A stretch of 37,619 nucleotides of DNA from Spirochaetaceae bacterium (GTDB taxonomy: Bacteria > Spirochaetota > Spirochaetia > DSM-27196 > SLST01): positions 1 through 37,619 of the forward strand of contig RECL01000266.1 in the NCBI GenBank assembly GCA_007694025.1, in the 5' to 3' direction. A program made the position numbers and the translations under genes. Below the pieces are notes generated by a model, which was not told the DNA's origin, searched no databases, and saw nothing but the letters and a program-made list of their open reading frames with translations. Below, one piece after another: positions 9,416 to 19,174 of the stretch (its first letter is position 1; each line of letters opens with the position of its first letter).

Positions 9416-10707
9416 TCGTACCTCAATACTTCCGCCGGCGTGATGCGACCGGCCCGGCGCGATGCGCCGTACGCGGCGACTGTCGCCGACAGCACGGCCA
9501 CTACCGCGATGGTGACCACCTCGCCGGCTACCAGCACGGCGGGTACTTCGTCCAGGTAGAAGTACGACGGGCTGAACACCGAAAAGCCGCCGCCGTCGAC
9601 GCCCGCGCCGCTGACTGCACCGACCGCGACCGCAGCGGCGACCGACACCGCGTTGATCGCGCGTTCGACGAACGCGAAGATACGGTTGATGTTCGCGCTG
9701 ACGATCACCCCAAGGACCGTTCCGATCGTCGCCCCGGCGGCACCGATCCAGACGCCTTCGAACACGAACACGAGTTGGAGCGCAAGCGGTGACGCGCCGA
9801 GCGCTTTCAGGACGCCGATCTCCTCCGTCCGTTCCATCACGCTGCGACGAAGCGACTGGTAGATATTGACCGCAACGACCACGAAGATCAGCCCGATCAA
9901 CAGCATCATCAGCGTCTTCTCCAGACGAAGCGCGCCGAAGATCGCGCGGTTGTACTCGCGCCAGCTTTCGACAGAGGCATCGGGAAAGAGGTCGCGGATC
10001 CGCGCGGTCACAACCCGATCGGCAAAACGATCACGGAGCTTCACGCCAACGGTCCCGGCGGGCGTGCCGAGCAGCGACCGCGACGTGTCGAGCGACACGA
10101 AGCTCCACCCGGCGTCGTACTCCAGGAAGCCGGTCTTGAACACGCCAATCACGTCGAGCCGCGGAGAGACGAGCGCGGCCCCGGCCGCGGCACCCTGGAT
10201 CAGATCGAACCCGACAAGCTCAACGGTGTCACCCACGCGGGCTCCGATCCGCCGCGCGAGCTCCTCTCCGAGCACGACAGTGGACGGCTCATCGAGTGCG
10301 AACCGCCCCGAGACGATTTCGAGGCTCCGCGCGAATCCTTCGTCGTCCGAGCCGATCGTGTCGGGCACTCCCCGGACAACTGCCGCTACGGGATCGCGGA
10401 AGTACCCGGCGAGCAGGCTGTGCTGCTCGGCGAACGGTACGGCCGCACGAACTCCCGCAAGCGCGCCAATCTGGCGCGCAGCCGACACCGGATCGACGCC
10501 GGTGACCTGCACGTGGAAGCTACCTACTTCCAGGATGTCTTCGATCGTGCTGTGCTGGAAGCCGTTCATGACCGCAAGGACCGATATCAGAGTCATGACC
10601 CCTGCGGCAATTCCAAGAACCGACAGCACCCCCGCGGTGTGCCCTTTCTCCCGGCGCTTCGTGCGGAAGTGTCGTACTGAAACGAAGAGGATCCAGCGAC
10701 TCGTCAT
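9412..10707 (-). CDS. lolC: LolC/E-family ABC permease
   Basis: LSVLGIAAGV..VLAVMNGF, ERTEEIGVLKALGA, PAEVLRYE. C versus E assigned by gene order only. Confidence 0.85.
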   Translation of the reverse strand: MTSRWILFVSVRHFRTKRREKGHTAGVLSVLGIAAGVMTLISVLAVMNGFQHSTIEDILEVGSFHVQVTGVDPVSAARQIGALAGVRAAVPFAEQHSLLAGYFRDPVAAVVRGVPDTIGSDDEGFARSLEIVSGRFALDEPSTVVLGEELARRIGARVGDTVELVGFDLIQGAAAGAALVSPRLDVIGVFKTGFLEYDAGWSFVSLDTSRSLLGTPAGTVGVKLRDRFADRVVTARIRDLFPDASVESWREYNRAIFGALRLEKTLMMLLIGLIFVVVAVNIYQSLRRSVMERTEEIGVLKALGASPLALQLVFVFEGVWIGAAGATIGTVLGVIVSANINRIFAFVERAINAVSVAAAVAVGAVSGAGVDGGGFSVFSPSYFYLDEVPAVLVAGEVVTIAVVAVLSATVAAYGASRRAGRITPAEVLRYE

Positions 10708-11684
10708 GACTGTCCGTCCGGGGTCGCGAACTCGCGCGTTCGAATCGCCTCCCCATCGCGGAGTACCGACTCGCGGATTCTGACCTGCCCCCGGAAGTAG
10801 ACGCGAAGCAGCGCCTCGTCACCGCGATGGATCGTCTCGGTACGCGTATAGTCGGCTCCGGGTTCGTGATCGACGACCAGAGTCAGCGCTCCGTCGCGGA
10901 ACACGCGCTCGGCGATCAGCACACCGGCCTCGTAGAAGAACCGGCGCACCAGAAGCCCGGCATCGGTTTCGCTGCGCTCTTCGACCAGCAGGTCGCCGTC
11001 AAAGACCCTGACAAGGGCCGACCTGACAGCCTCGGCCGCGCGGCTGGTGACCCCGACCAGGACACCTCGCTCGTTGTACTGCTCGACGGTGACCTCCCCG
11101 TCTCGGGTACGCGTGACGCTTCGAAGCGGTGAACCAGCGCCGTCGGCCCAGTAGTCGCGCTCCTCCTGCTCAAGGATCGCATCTGAGACGCGAACGCGGC
11201 GCAGCACCAGCCGACCAGCCCGGTCGAACCGGCTCTCCTCGATCGATCTGCCGGTATCGTGCCACTCCAGCACCATCCGCCCCGCCTCGTACCGGTAGGT
11301 GATCGTATCCCCGGAGCCGTCGTGGACGACCGACCGCAACGACCCGTCGGCCCAGTAGGAGTAACGCTCGGTGTACCGGATGGTTCCATCGGGCAACCCG
11401 ACGCGGCGCTCGGCAAGCACTCCATCCACAACGACGAAGTCGGTTCTCTCGATCTCGACTCCATCGCGAAACAGCACGTGCGTTTCACCGACTGCGCTCG
11501 CGTCGACGCGGATGATCCACTCGTGCGCGTCGATCTCGTCGGCGGCAATCGCGTCGCGCACAACGCCCATCGCGTTCGACGCGTAGAAGCTGCCTTCGTC
11601 GGCGATCAAGCCGCGCGCGAACAGCGCGACCAGCGCCAGGGCGCAGACGCCGCGGGTGGGGCCCGGACGGCGGAAACAGTTCAT
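10704..11684 (-). CDS. Hypothetical secreted beta-repeat protein (YD/MORN-like)
   Basis: Signal-peptide-like N-terminus; repeated Y/F-x-x-x-G-x-L units (YWADGSL, YEAGRM, FDRAGRL, YNERGVL). Overlaps both neighbours by 4 nt. Confidence 0.7.
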   Translation of the reverse strand: MNCFRRPGPTRGVCALALVALFARGLIADEGSFYASNAMGVVRDAIAADEIDAHEWIIRVDASAVGETHVLFRDGVEIERTDFVVVDGVLAERRVGLPDGTIRYTERYSYWADGSLRSVVHDGSGDTITYRYEAGRMVLEWHDTGRSIEESRFDRAGRLVLRRVRVSDAILEQEERDYWADGAGSPLRSVTRTRDGEVTVEQYNERGVLVGVTSRAAEAVRSALVRVFDGDLLVEERSETDAGLLVRRFFYEAGVLIAERVFRDGALTLVVDHEPGADYTRTETIHRGDEALLRVYFRGQVRIRESVLRDGEAIRTREFATPDGQS

Positions 11685-12559
11685 GAAGGCGACACCAACT
11701 CCATCGCGTAATCTCCGGCGCGAAAGGGTCTGATATCGGTGTACGACTCACCGGTGCCCAGGAACACCGCGGGGATCCCGAGCTTTTCGGCTATCGGCAC
11801 CAGTATGCCACCGCGCGCAGTCGCGTCGTACTTCGCGAGCACGATCCCGTCGATCTTGACCGCGCCACTGAAGACCTCCGCCTGCTGAAGTCCGTTCTGA
11901 CCCGTCGTAGCGTCGATGACGAGCAGCTTGCGGTAGACTGCGTCGGGCGCCCGCGTCGCGACGATCCGGTCTATCTTGGCAAGCTCTTCCACCAGGTTCT
12001 TCTTCGTGTGCATCCGCCCCGCGGTGTCGGCCAGTACCAGCTGCTCCCCACGGTTGCGCGCGCTCTCGATCGCGTCGTAAATCACGGCCCCGGAGTCGGC
12101 TCCGGTCGCCTGTTTCACGATCCGGACACCGAGCCGGTCGGCGTGAATCGACAGCTGGTCGACTGCCGCCGCGCGAAAGGTATCTCCGGCGGCAAGACAG
12201 ATCCGGTCGGCCTGTCCCGACCGACGGAAGTGGTCGGCGAGCTTCGCGATCGTCGTCGTCTTGCCCACACCGTTGACACCGAGCACGAGCACCACGTTCA
12301 ACGCGTCGGGGGTCAGCACGAACGGATGCTCGATGACGGTCGACTCGATCCTGCGGCGTAGAATCGCGACCAGATCGCGATGATCCGACGCGGCCTCGAC
12401 CCGGCTCGCATCGCGGACCTCGTCGACCAGGCGCATCGCCATCGCCGCGCCCAGATCCGCCTCGATCAGCAACTCTTCGAGTTCCTCGTACGATTCCTCG
12501 GTTCCAAACCGCCCGCCGAACAGCTCGCGCAGACGGCTTGCGAGCCCACGCTTCTTCAT
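11681..12559 (-). CDS. ftsY: SRP receptor FtsY (NG domain only)
   Basis: GVNGVGKTTT, DTFRAAA, DTAGR, DATTGQN, KYDATARGG. Confidence 0.96.
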   Translation of the reverse strand: MKKRGLASRLRELFGGRFGTEESYEELEELLIEADLGAAMAMRLVDEVRDASRVEAASDHRDLVAILRRRIESTVIEHPFVLTPDALNVVLVLGVNGVGKTTTIAKLADHFRRSGQADRICLAAGDTFRAAAVDQLSIHADRLGVRIVKQATGADSGAVIYDAIESARNRGEQLVLADTAGRMHTKKNLVEELAKIDRIVATRAPDAVYRKLLVIDATTGQNGLQQAEVFSGAVKIDGIVLAKYDATARGGILVPIAEKLGIPAVFLGTGESYTDIRPFRAGDYAMELVSPS

Positions 12560-12580
12560 CGTTTCGCTCCCTGGACAATC

Positions 12581-14071
12581 TTACTGATTGTGGAACCCCT
12601 CTCCCACCGCGACGTAGTCGACGATGGTGAGCACCACGTTCGCGAGCAGCGCCGCATTGACCATCACGCCGCCGAGTGCCGACCAGTAGAGGATGTTGCC
12701 GGTCCGCACCATCCGCTGGTCCTCCTCAAACGACAGCCTCAGGATATCGGGTCCCGAGCGTACGCCAAGAATACTCTGGTACCCGCCCCAGAGCACGAGC
12801 GTGGCCGGCACGCTCACGACGAACCAGGTCAGCGACCGATAGAAGTCCGCACGCGTGCGGCGGATCTCCTGTCCCCAGTCGATCGAGTCGGGCAGCAGCG
12901 CGCGCGACACCACCGACGCGGTCGTCTGATCCACGACAAAGCGCGACTCCAGATACCCGTCGCGCGTCATGCGCACGGTGGAACTCCCCGGCGCAAACCG
13001 GTGGGTCACGGGAGTCGATCCGACCCAGACCGAATCGACGTAGACGTTCGCGCCCGACGGAGAGCTTTGAAGCCGGACCGGTCGCGCGGTCGACTCGGTC
13101 AGATCGATCCGCAGCGACGCCGCCTCGCCGGCTTCGAGCGTGATGCGTTGGACGACCGGGGCCCGTCCCGACGCAGACACGTGAAGCTCGTAGTCGCCCG
13201 GACGTGCGAACGGAATCCGCGCCGAACCGAGCCCGATCAGCGCCGAATCGACGCGGATCGCAGCGGATGATGGCGTGGCGATCACGTCGATCGCCCCCCA
13301 CGGCCGGCCGAGCAGGCTCGAAGCCACGGCGTCGGCCACATCGGCCGCGTCGGCGGCGATCTCCTCTGCCAGTCGCGTAACAACCGCGATCCGCTCGATC
13401 GTAGCAAGAAACGCGTGATACAGGTAGATGTCGATCACAACGTACCCGGCGATCTGTTCGGCGTATCCAAACACAAGCGCGTCAAGGTCGTCGCGCGCGG
13501 CCGCGTCGCGCAGCGGCCGGTCGTCGGCAAGCAGACTGTCGATGCCGGCGGGAATCGCGGGCAGGAGCCGCCCCGCCTCAAGCGCAGCGACGAACCCGAC
13601 CGGGCGCTCGCGCTCGATCGCAAGCGTGGGCTCCATCGACGCGAGCGTGTCGAACCGAAGGCGTGCGGCAGCCACCGCGTCGCGCGCCGCGCCGATCGCT
13701 GTCGCCGACGGGTTACGCTCGAAGGCGAGCCGGTCGCGACGCTCAACGGCGGCGCTCAACGTTCGTGCCGCGTCGCGGCGTGCCGCCTCGAGCCGCCGCG
13801 TACCGTACGCGACGACCTCCTGATCGGTCAGGGTGCGGGCATCGACCGCCCGGATCGACTCGTACAGAAGCAGGGGAAAGGTCGCTGCGACGAAGCGTCG
13901 CTCAACGGCAACACGGTCGGCCGACAGCGCAGCAACACCGACGCGGAAGACCGGGCGCTGCGGCGGCAGACCCGGATCGGGCTCTTTCGCGACGGCACCG
14001 ATCGCGAGCGCTCCAACGAGTGCGGCTACGCACGCGAACCGATTGAGGCTACGCAGGCACGCGTAGTGCAT
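12581..14071 (-). CDS. PEGA-domain envelope protein
   Basis: Signal peptide, two PEGA-like repeats (TPSSAAIRVD, SSPSGANVYVD..VGSTP) and two C-terminal hydrophobic segments. Start is ATG 14071 or GTG 14074. Confidence 0.78.
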   Translation of the reverse strand: MHYACLRSLNRFACVAALVGALAIGAVAKEPDPGLPPQRPVFRVGVAALSADRVAVERRFVAATFPLLLYESIRAVDARTLTDQEVVAYGTRRLEAARRDAARTLSAAVERRDRLAFERNPSATAIGAARDAVAAARLRFDTLASMEPTLAIERERPVGFVAALEAGRLLPAIPAGIDSLLADDRPLRDAAARDDLDALVFGYAEQIAGYVVIDIYLYHAFLATIERIAVVTRLAEEIAADAADVADAVASSLLGRPWGAIDVIATPSSAAIRVDSALIGLGSARIPFARPGDYELHVSASGRAPVVQRITLEAGEAASLRIDLTESTARPVRLQSSPSGANVYVDSVWVGSTPVTHRFAPGSSTVRMTRDGYLESRFVVDQTTASVVSRALLPDSIDWGQEIRRTRADFYRSLTWFVVSVPATLVLWGGYQSILGVRSGPDILRLSFEEDQRMVRTGNILYWSALGGVMVNAALLANVVLTIVDYVAVGEGFHNQ

Positions 14072-14450
14072 CACGCTCCACCCTGTCGGCCGCGAGTACC
14101 TTCGATATCGCGCTGACGACGCGCTGCGGCGTGAACGGCTTCACGACGAAGTCGCGCGCACCGAGCTGGATCGCGCGAACGATCAGCTGCTGCTCGCCGA
14201 GCGCGCTGCACATGATCACCCGCGCGCGCGGTTCGAGCATCCTTATCTTGCGGAGCGTCGTTATCCCGTCCATCACGGGCATCGCTATGTCGAGCAGAAC
14301 CACGTCGGGTTCATGCACCAGGAAGCGGCGCAGCGCCGCACGGCCATCTTCGGCCTCCGCAACCACGTCGGCGCCGGCATCGCTCAGGATACCGCAGAGC
14401 AGTTCTCGCATGAACTGCAGGTCGTCGACGACGAGTACGCGGACCCTCAT
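14049..14450 (-). CDS. Single-domain CheY-like response regulator
   Basis: VLVVDD, LLDIAMP (phospho-Asp), MCSA, VVKPF. ATG overlaps the prfB TGA. Confidence 0.9.
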   Translation of the reverse strand: MRVRVLVVDDLQFMRELLCGILSDAGADVVAEAEDGRAALRRFLVHEPDVVLLDIAMPVMDGITTLRKIRMLEPRARVIMCSALGEQQLIVRAIQLGARDFVVKPFTPQRVVSAISKVLAADRVERDALRVPA

Positions 14451-15551
14451 GCGCTCCCGTTCCACGAGAAGCGCAGGTATTCCTCGATAAACGGATCAAG
14501 GTCACCGTCCATGACCGCCTGGACGTTGCTGGTCTCGTGCTTGGTGCGGTGGTCCTTGACCATCGTGTACGGCTGAAACACGTACGACCGAATCTGATTG
14601 CCCCAGGAGATATCCTTCTTCTCGGCAGCGTCGGCGGCGTGCTCTGCATCCTGCTTCGCGCGGTAGAACTCGTAGAGTCGGCTCTTCAGCACCTTCATCG
14701 CGGTCGCCCGGTTCTTGTGCTGACTCCGCTCGTTCTGGCACTGGACGACGATACCCGAGTCGAAGTGCGTGATCCGCACAGCGCTGTCGGTCTTGTTGAC
14801 GTGCTGACCGCCGGCGCCGCTTGCGCGGTACGTGTCCACGCGAATGTCGTCGGGCTTGATATCGACCTCGATGTCGTCATCGATTACCGGGCTCACGTAG
14901 ACCGACGCAAACGACGTGTGTCGCCGACCGCTCGAGTCGAACGGACTGATGCGAACGAGCCGATGGATACCGGTCTCGCCCTTGAGATAGCCGTACGCGT
15001 AGTCGCCGTCGAGCTGGATCGTAACGCTCTTGATCCCGCCCTCTGCCTCCTGGATGTCGAGTAGCTCGTAGCGCATCGCGTTGCGGTCGGCCCAGCGTGT
15101 GTACGCGCGATAGAGCATGCTCACCCAGTCGCACGCCTCGGTGCCGCCGGCACCCGAGTGTATCGTGAAGAACGCGTTCGACGCGTCGAATCGATCAGAC
15201 AGCAGTTCCAGGACTTCGAGCCGGTCGAAGACGCGCTGCTGCTCGGCAAGGCCATCGCGGATTTCCCGCTCCAGGTCACCACTCTTTTCGGCGATCGCAA
15301 GCTCCAGGAGTTCGGCGAGCTCGTCGGTCTCAGAGACAAGCCGCTCCCACGGTTCGAGGCGATCCTTCGTGCGCTTCAGTTGCGTCATCACCCGCTCGGC
15401 TTCCTCACGGTTATCCCAGAGGCTCGGGTCAGCGGTGCGATGTTCAAGGTCGGCGATCTCGGACTTCAACCTATCCGAGTCAAAGATGCCTCCAGGTGTC
15501 CAAAACTCGCTTTCTGAGGTCCCGAATCGGCGTGACAAGTTCTTCGAGCAT
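14447..15551 (-). CDS. prfB: Peptide chain release factor 2, +1 programmed frameshift
   Basis: ATG 15551 with GGAGG SD gives MLEELVTPIRDLRKRVLDTWRHL then CTT TGA C. The +1 frame continues DSDRLK... with GAGGTEA, RISPF and GAGGQHVN. Confidence 0.96.
15479..15493 (-). other. prfB programmed ribosomal frameshift site
   Basis: GGAGG-CAT-CTT-TGA-C: internal SD, 3-nt spacer, slippery CUU and UGA stop. Confidence 0.95.
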
Positions 15552-15571
15552 ATTGCCTCCGGTCTTCCGGG

Positions 15572-15600
15572 AGTATAGTGAATGGGGCGCGCCGAGTCAC
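15572..15600 (-). promoter_or_regulatory. Putative promoter of the prfB operon
   Basis: GTGACT (15600-15595), 17 nt, TATACT (15577-15572). Confidence 0.5.
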
Positions 15601-15616
15601 CCCGCGGGGAGTACTG

Positions 15617-15646
15617 TTGCGGGCGACCCGATGTACCGATTATTAT
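15617..15646 (+). promoter_or_regulatory. Putative promoter for the 15653 gene
   Basis: TTGCGG, 18 nt, TATTAT, then 6 nt to ATG 15653. Confidence 0.5.
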
Positions 15647-15652
15647 GAGTGA

Positions 15653-17071
15653 ATGGTGAACCGCCGGCTCTCCACGACCCGTCAACTCCTCTTTCTTGCG
15701 CTCATCGCAGCACTGACGGGCATCGTATCAGCGCAGACCTCCGGCACAGCGGATCAGAGCCGGTCGACGATGGTCGCGCGACTGCGCGTTTCTATTCGAG
15801 AGCCGCAGATACGGCTCTCATGGGTGCCCGCCGACACCGCGGGCAACACGATCGTGTACCGCTCGACCACCGAGTTCGCAGACGACTCGTTCGAGCACGC
15901 GGAAGTCGTCGGTATAGTGGCAGCGGACGTATCGTCGTTCATCGACGTACCGCCGCAGGCGGGGTCGTATCACTACGCGGTCGTCGCGACCGACGCCGAC
16001 GGAACGCCCTTCCGGTCGATTGTTCCGGGGCGCAACTCAACACTGCGTCCGGTCGAGATCGCCGGACCGCCCGAGCTCGACGGTCCGGCGCGGATCACGT
16101 CGATCGCCGCAATAGCAACGCCTGAGGGCGCGGTCACCATCGCGATCGGCGCCGACCGGACCGACCGGATGATCGCGGTGTACCGGTCGACATCGCCGAT
16201 TCGGGTCGCGACAGACCTGGCCGGGGCGTCTATGTTCCGGCGTATCGACTCGCGGCTGGGGTCGATCGACGACCTGCCGGTACCCGGGATCGGGTACTAC
16301 TACGCGGCATTCGATGCGCAAGAGGTTCTCGACGGCACCGTGACGGTACGACCCGGAGAAAACGCGACGGTTCAGTCGGTTACGATCCCTCTGCCGGAGT
16401 CGGCTCGTCCGCCGACGCCGCGACCGGCCCCGGCGCGCGTAGCCGAACCGGCGGCGCCCGATAGCGACGTTGACGCCGACGGACGGCTCGCACCCGAACC
16501 TGACGCCGCACCCGAACCTGGAGTCGCGCCCCAACCGGAGGTCGACGCCGTGCAGCCGCCGACGGTCGTGACGCGGGGTATTCCACTGCCGTTCCTGCGG
16601 CCGCAGGCGGGCTTCACGACGGGAACCGCGCTGAGCGACCCGCGGCGGTTCCTGCCGGAGCCGGTTGCGGTTAGTGTCGATACCGAGCGCGCGATCGGCC
16701 GACTGATGGAACGAAGCGTGCCGGTCACGATACCCGAGGGCCCCCCGATTCTGCGCGAAGACCGTCTGGCCGATCCACAGGGCATCGAGTACAGGTTGCG
16801 AACGATCATCGACGGCCCGATCAGGCTCTTCGCGTGGGAAGAGGCGATCGAACAGATCGACGCGCTCGCGTCGCTACCGCTGCCGTCTGATCTGCGCGCG
16901 CGGACGCATTACTATCGGGGCCGGGCGCTGCATGCGATCGGCGAGCGGCGTGAGGCTCTGCTGGAGTTCCTGGTAGCCAGGGAGTACCACTACGCGGAGT
17001 CGCAGGCATGGATCCGCGTCATTCTGGCCGAACTCGCCGGTTCGGCTACAGCTTCTCAAACCGGATTCTGA
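15653..17071 (+). CDS. Hypothetical secreted protein: two FN3-like repeats, Pro-rich linker, TPR-like tail
   Basis: Signal peptide (..GIVSA-Q); duplicated VYRST...D.P...Y.Y....PG.N.T unit; APEP-rich linker; C-terminal HYYRGRAL...EALLEFL. Confidence 0.75.
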   Translation: MVNRRLSTTRQLLFLALIAALTGIVSAQTSGTADQSRSTMVARLRVSIREPQIRLSWVPADTAGNTIVYRSTTEFADDSFEHAEVVGIVAADVSSFIDVPPQAGSYHYAVVATDADGTPFRSIVPGRNSTLRPVEIAGPPELDGPARITSIAAIATPEGAVTIAIGADRTDRMIAVYRSTSPIRVATDLAGASMFRRIDSRLGSIDDLPVPGIGYYYAAFDAQEVLDGTVTVRPGENATVQSVTIPLPESARPPTPRPAPARVAEPAAPDSDVDADGRLAPEPDAAPEPGVAPQPEVDAVQPPTVVTRGIPLPFLRPQAGFTTGTALSDPRRFLPEPVAVSVDTERAIGRLMERSVPVTIPEGPPILREDRLADPQGIEYRLRTIIDGPIRLFAWEEAIEQIDALASLPLPSDLRARTHYYRGRALHAIGERREALLEFLVAREYHYAESQAWIRVILAELAGSATASQTGF

Positions 17072-19073
17072 TCGCCGCCTGCACGCGCGCGCCCGGGTCG
17101 ACGCTGAGCGCGAACCGCGGCACGATGCATGTACTCTGATACTCGACTATCCGGCCCTCCGTTCCGTTTTCGCCGGTTCGTCGGACGGTACGGACCGGAA
17201 AGCACCACGGGTCGCACTCGGGGAACGTCACGGTGATCGCAGTGTGATTCGCCAGATCCTCGATGCGAATCTCCGACACGGTCTCGTGCCGGTTGTCATC
17301 GGGGGCAACCTCCTGGAGCCGCCGGCGTCCACCGCGGACGAAGATCCGCTGACTGTCCGGATCGGCCGACTCGAACGCGAGGTTGATCTCCGGAGCAAAC
17401 AGACCCTCGAGTCTCGAGTCCCCGGTGCATCTGATCGTGTACTCCAGGTCGATGATACCGCGCTTGAACTCGTACCGCTTATCGAGCTCGACCGGCAGTC
17501 GGGCCTTGCCGTTCGCCCGCACGGAACCGGCGGCGGACAGATCGAGTCGCTGGGTGTCGCGCTTGCCGACCGACCGCGCGTACAGCGCGTCGGTGAAGTT
17601 ACCGAGCTCGGATGCGGTCCCCGCGATGAACTGCTCTACGGTCGTGTCCGACGAAAGGAAGTGGTCGACAAAGCCCCTGCGAGGATACCGGTCGTAGCCG
17701 AGCGCCTGGTCGTCGGTCGAGTGATAGCTCTCGCGTTGCCGTGAAAAGGTGTCGAGGTAGTTCCAGCTCGTCGGGAGGTAGTCGAGTTCGAACAGCATAC
17801 CGCCGACCTGATGGACGTACGCGTTGAGATCGGTACCCTGATAGAGGTACTCGTCGAGCCCGTCCATATCGAAGTCGACGGCTACGATCGACGGGCTGAA
17901 TATGCCACGCTCGCGGGTCTTCTTCTCCGCCTCGATCAGCGCGCGGTAGACCTGTTTGCGCAGGTGCCCCTGGTAGATCCCGCCGTGCTGTCCGTGCCAG
18001 TACGCGTTGTGGCACTGCCCGCGCCATAGCTCCTCGCGGGCGGCCTGCTTTCGGTACTTGTCGCCGCGGATCTGATTCACGAGCACGTGCGTATACTGCA
18101 TCTTCGCGTACATCTGGTTGCTTTCGGCGTACCTCGTGAGAAACTGCCGGAAGTGGCCGCCGATCATGTATCCGTTGCGGCCGTTGGACGCGTTGTCGCG
18201 TACGCTCGAGTAGGAGTCCTGCTGGTCGGGCGTCATCGACCAGTAGAGCAACTCCTCAGACCCCGCGGAGTGGAAGTAGGCGCGCCGACGCGGCCGACTC
18301 TCCTTCACGTACTGCGATGGGAGCCCGACCTCGATCCATTCCCGGTTCTCCTTGAGCAGCTCGACGAACTGCTCGAGCCATGGACTCGGTGGCGAAGGTC
18401 GCTCAGGCAGTCGTCGGCCCCCGTCGTCGATCAGGACGTGCACGCGCGACCCGTCATCGTCGCTTTGATCGCGCAGGTAATCGACGATACGCTCGGGCGG
18501 TTCGGTTCGTGCGAGGAGTTTGAGGTCGTGACAGACCGGGAACACAACGATGGTCTTGCCCTGATCCTCGGTGAGGCACGGACGACACAGGTCTTCGTCG
18601 CGCATCCCGGCGGTCAGGAAGTGGTAATCGTCAAGGAAGACGTATTCCATCCCGCTTGAGCGCAGCGTGCTCGCAAGACTCGGCTCCCATACATGCTCGG
18701 TTATCCACGTGCCACGAGGCCTGCGTCCGAACCGCTTGCGGAGATAGGTCGTGAGGCTTTCGATCTGTCCAAGCCGGTCGAGCCGTGGTATCAGGCTCAG
18801 AACCGGGTCGTAGAAGCCGCCGCCGAGGATCTCGCACTGCTTGCGGGTGATCATCTCCGACAGGACGTCGGTGTACTCGGAGTGGTGCTTCTCGAGCCAC
18901 TGCAGCAGCTGTCCGGAATAGTGCAGCGTCACAGGAATCTGGGGTGCATGGTAGAGCACGCGCAGGTAGGGCTTGAGCGAGGTCTGGTATACGTGTTCTA
19001 TCTCGTCATCGCTGGCTCCGACGGGCAGACTGTTCGTCGAACCAAGGATGAGCCTGGCCTTCTTCATCGCCAT
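17046..19073 (-). CDS. GH57 alpha-amylase/4-alpha-glucanotransferase-like protein
   Basis: LHYSGQLLQWL, EILGGGFYDPVL, GTWITEHVWEP, YVFLDDYHF, YWHGQHGGIY, DFDMDG. Start is 19073 or 19067. Confidence 0.88.
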   Translation of the reverse strand: MAMKKARLILGSTNSLPVGASDDEIEHVYQTSLKPYLRVLYHAPQIPVTLHYSGQLLQWLEKHHSEYTDVLSEMITRKQCEILGGGFYDPVLSLIPRLDRLGQIESLTTYLRKRFGRRPRGTWITEHVWEPSLASTLRSSGMEYVFLDDYHFLTAGMRDEDLCRPCLTEDQGKTIVVFPVCHDLKLLARTEPPERIVDYLRDQSDDDGSRVHVLIDDGGRRLPERPSPPSPWLEQFVELLKENREWIEVGLPSQYVKESRPRRRAYFHSAGSEELLYWSMTPDQQDSYSSVRDNASNGRNGYMIGGHFRQFLTRYAESNQMYAKMQYTHVLVNQIRGDKYRKQAAREELWRGQCHNAYWHGQHGGIYQGHLRKQVYRALIEAEKKTRERGIFSPSIVAVDFDMDGLDEYLYQGTDLNAYVHQVGGMLFELDYLPTSWNYLDTFSRQRESYHSTDDQALGYDRYPRRGFVDHFLSSDTTVEQFIAGTASELGNFTDALYARSVGKRDTQRLDLSAAGSVRANGKARLPVELDKRYEFKRGIIDLEYTIRCTGDSRLEGLFAPEINLAFESADPDSQRIFVRGGRRRLQEVAPDDNRHETVSEIRIEDLANHTAITVTFPECDPWCFPVRTVRRTGENGTEGRIVEYQSTCIVPRFALSVDPGARVQAAIRIRFEKL

Positions 19074-19134
19074 CCCACTGGTATCGCGCGGCTTGGCCGG
19101 TGGCACGGAGAGCCGTTGACCCGCCAGTGTAGCG

Positions 19135-19163
19135 ATTCTACCGCCCCGCCGACCGCTTGTAAA
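19135..19163 (-). promoter_or_regulatory. Putative sigma70 promoter for the GH57 gene
   Basis: TTTACA (19163-19158), 17 nt, TAGAAT (19140-19135). Confidence 0.6.
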
Positions 19164-19174
19164 TGGGCCAAGGA

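Noticed and set aside
11681-12559. Short FtsY lacking the acidic A domain
   Set aside because: NG-only FtsY is common; not unusual.
15556-15573. Hairpin that might occlude the prfB SD
   Set aside because: Weak bulged stem whose 5' arm overlaps the predicted -10, so it is probably not fully transcribed.
15486-15685. In-frame N-terminal extension of prfB, or a pseudogene call
   Set aside because: Explained by the programmed frameshift from ATG 15551.
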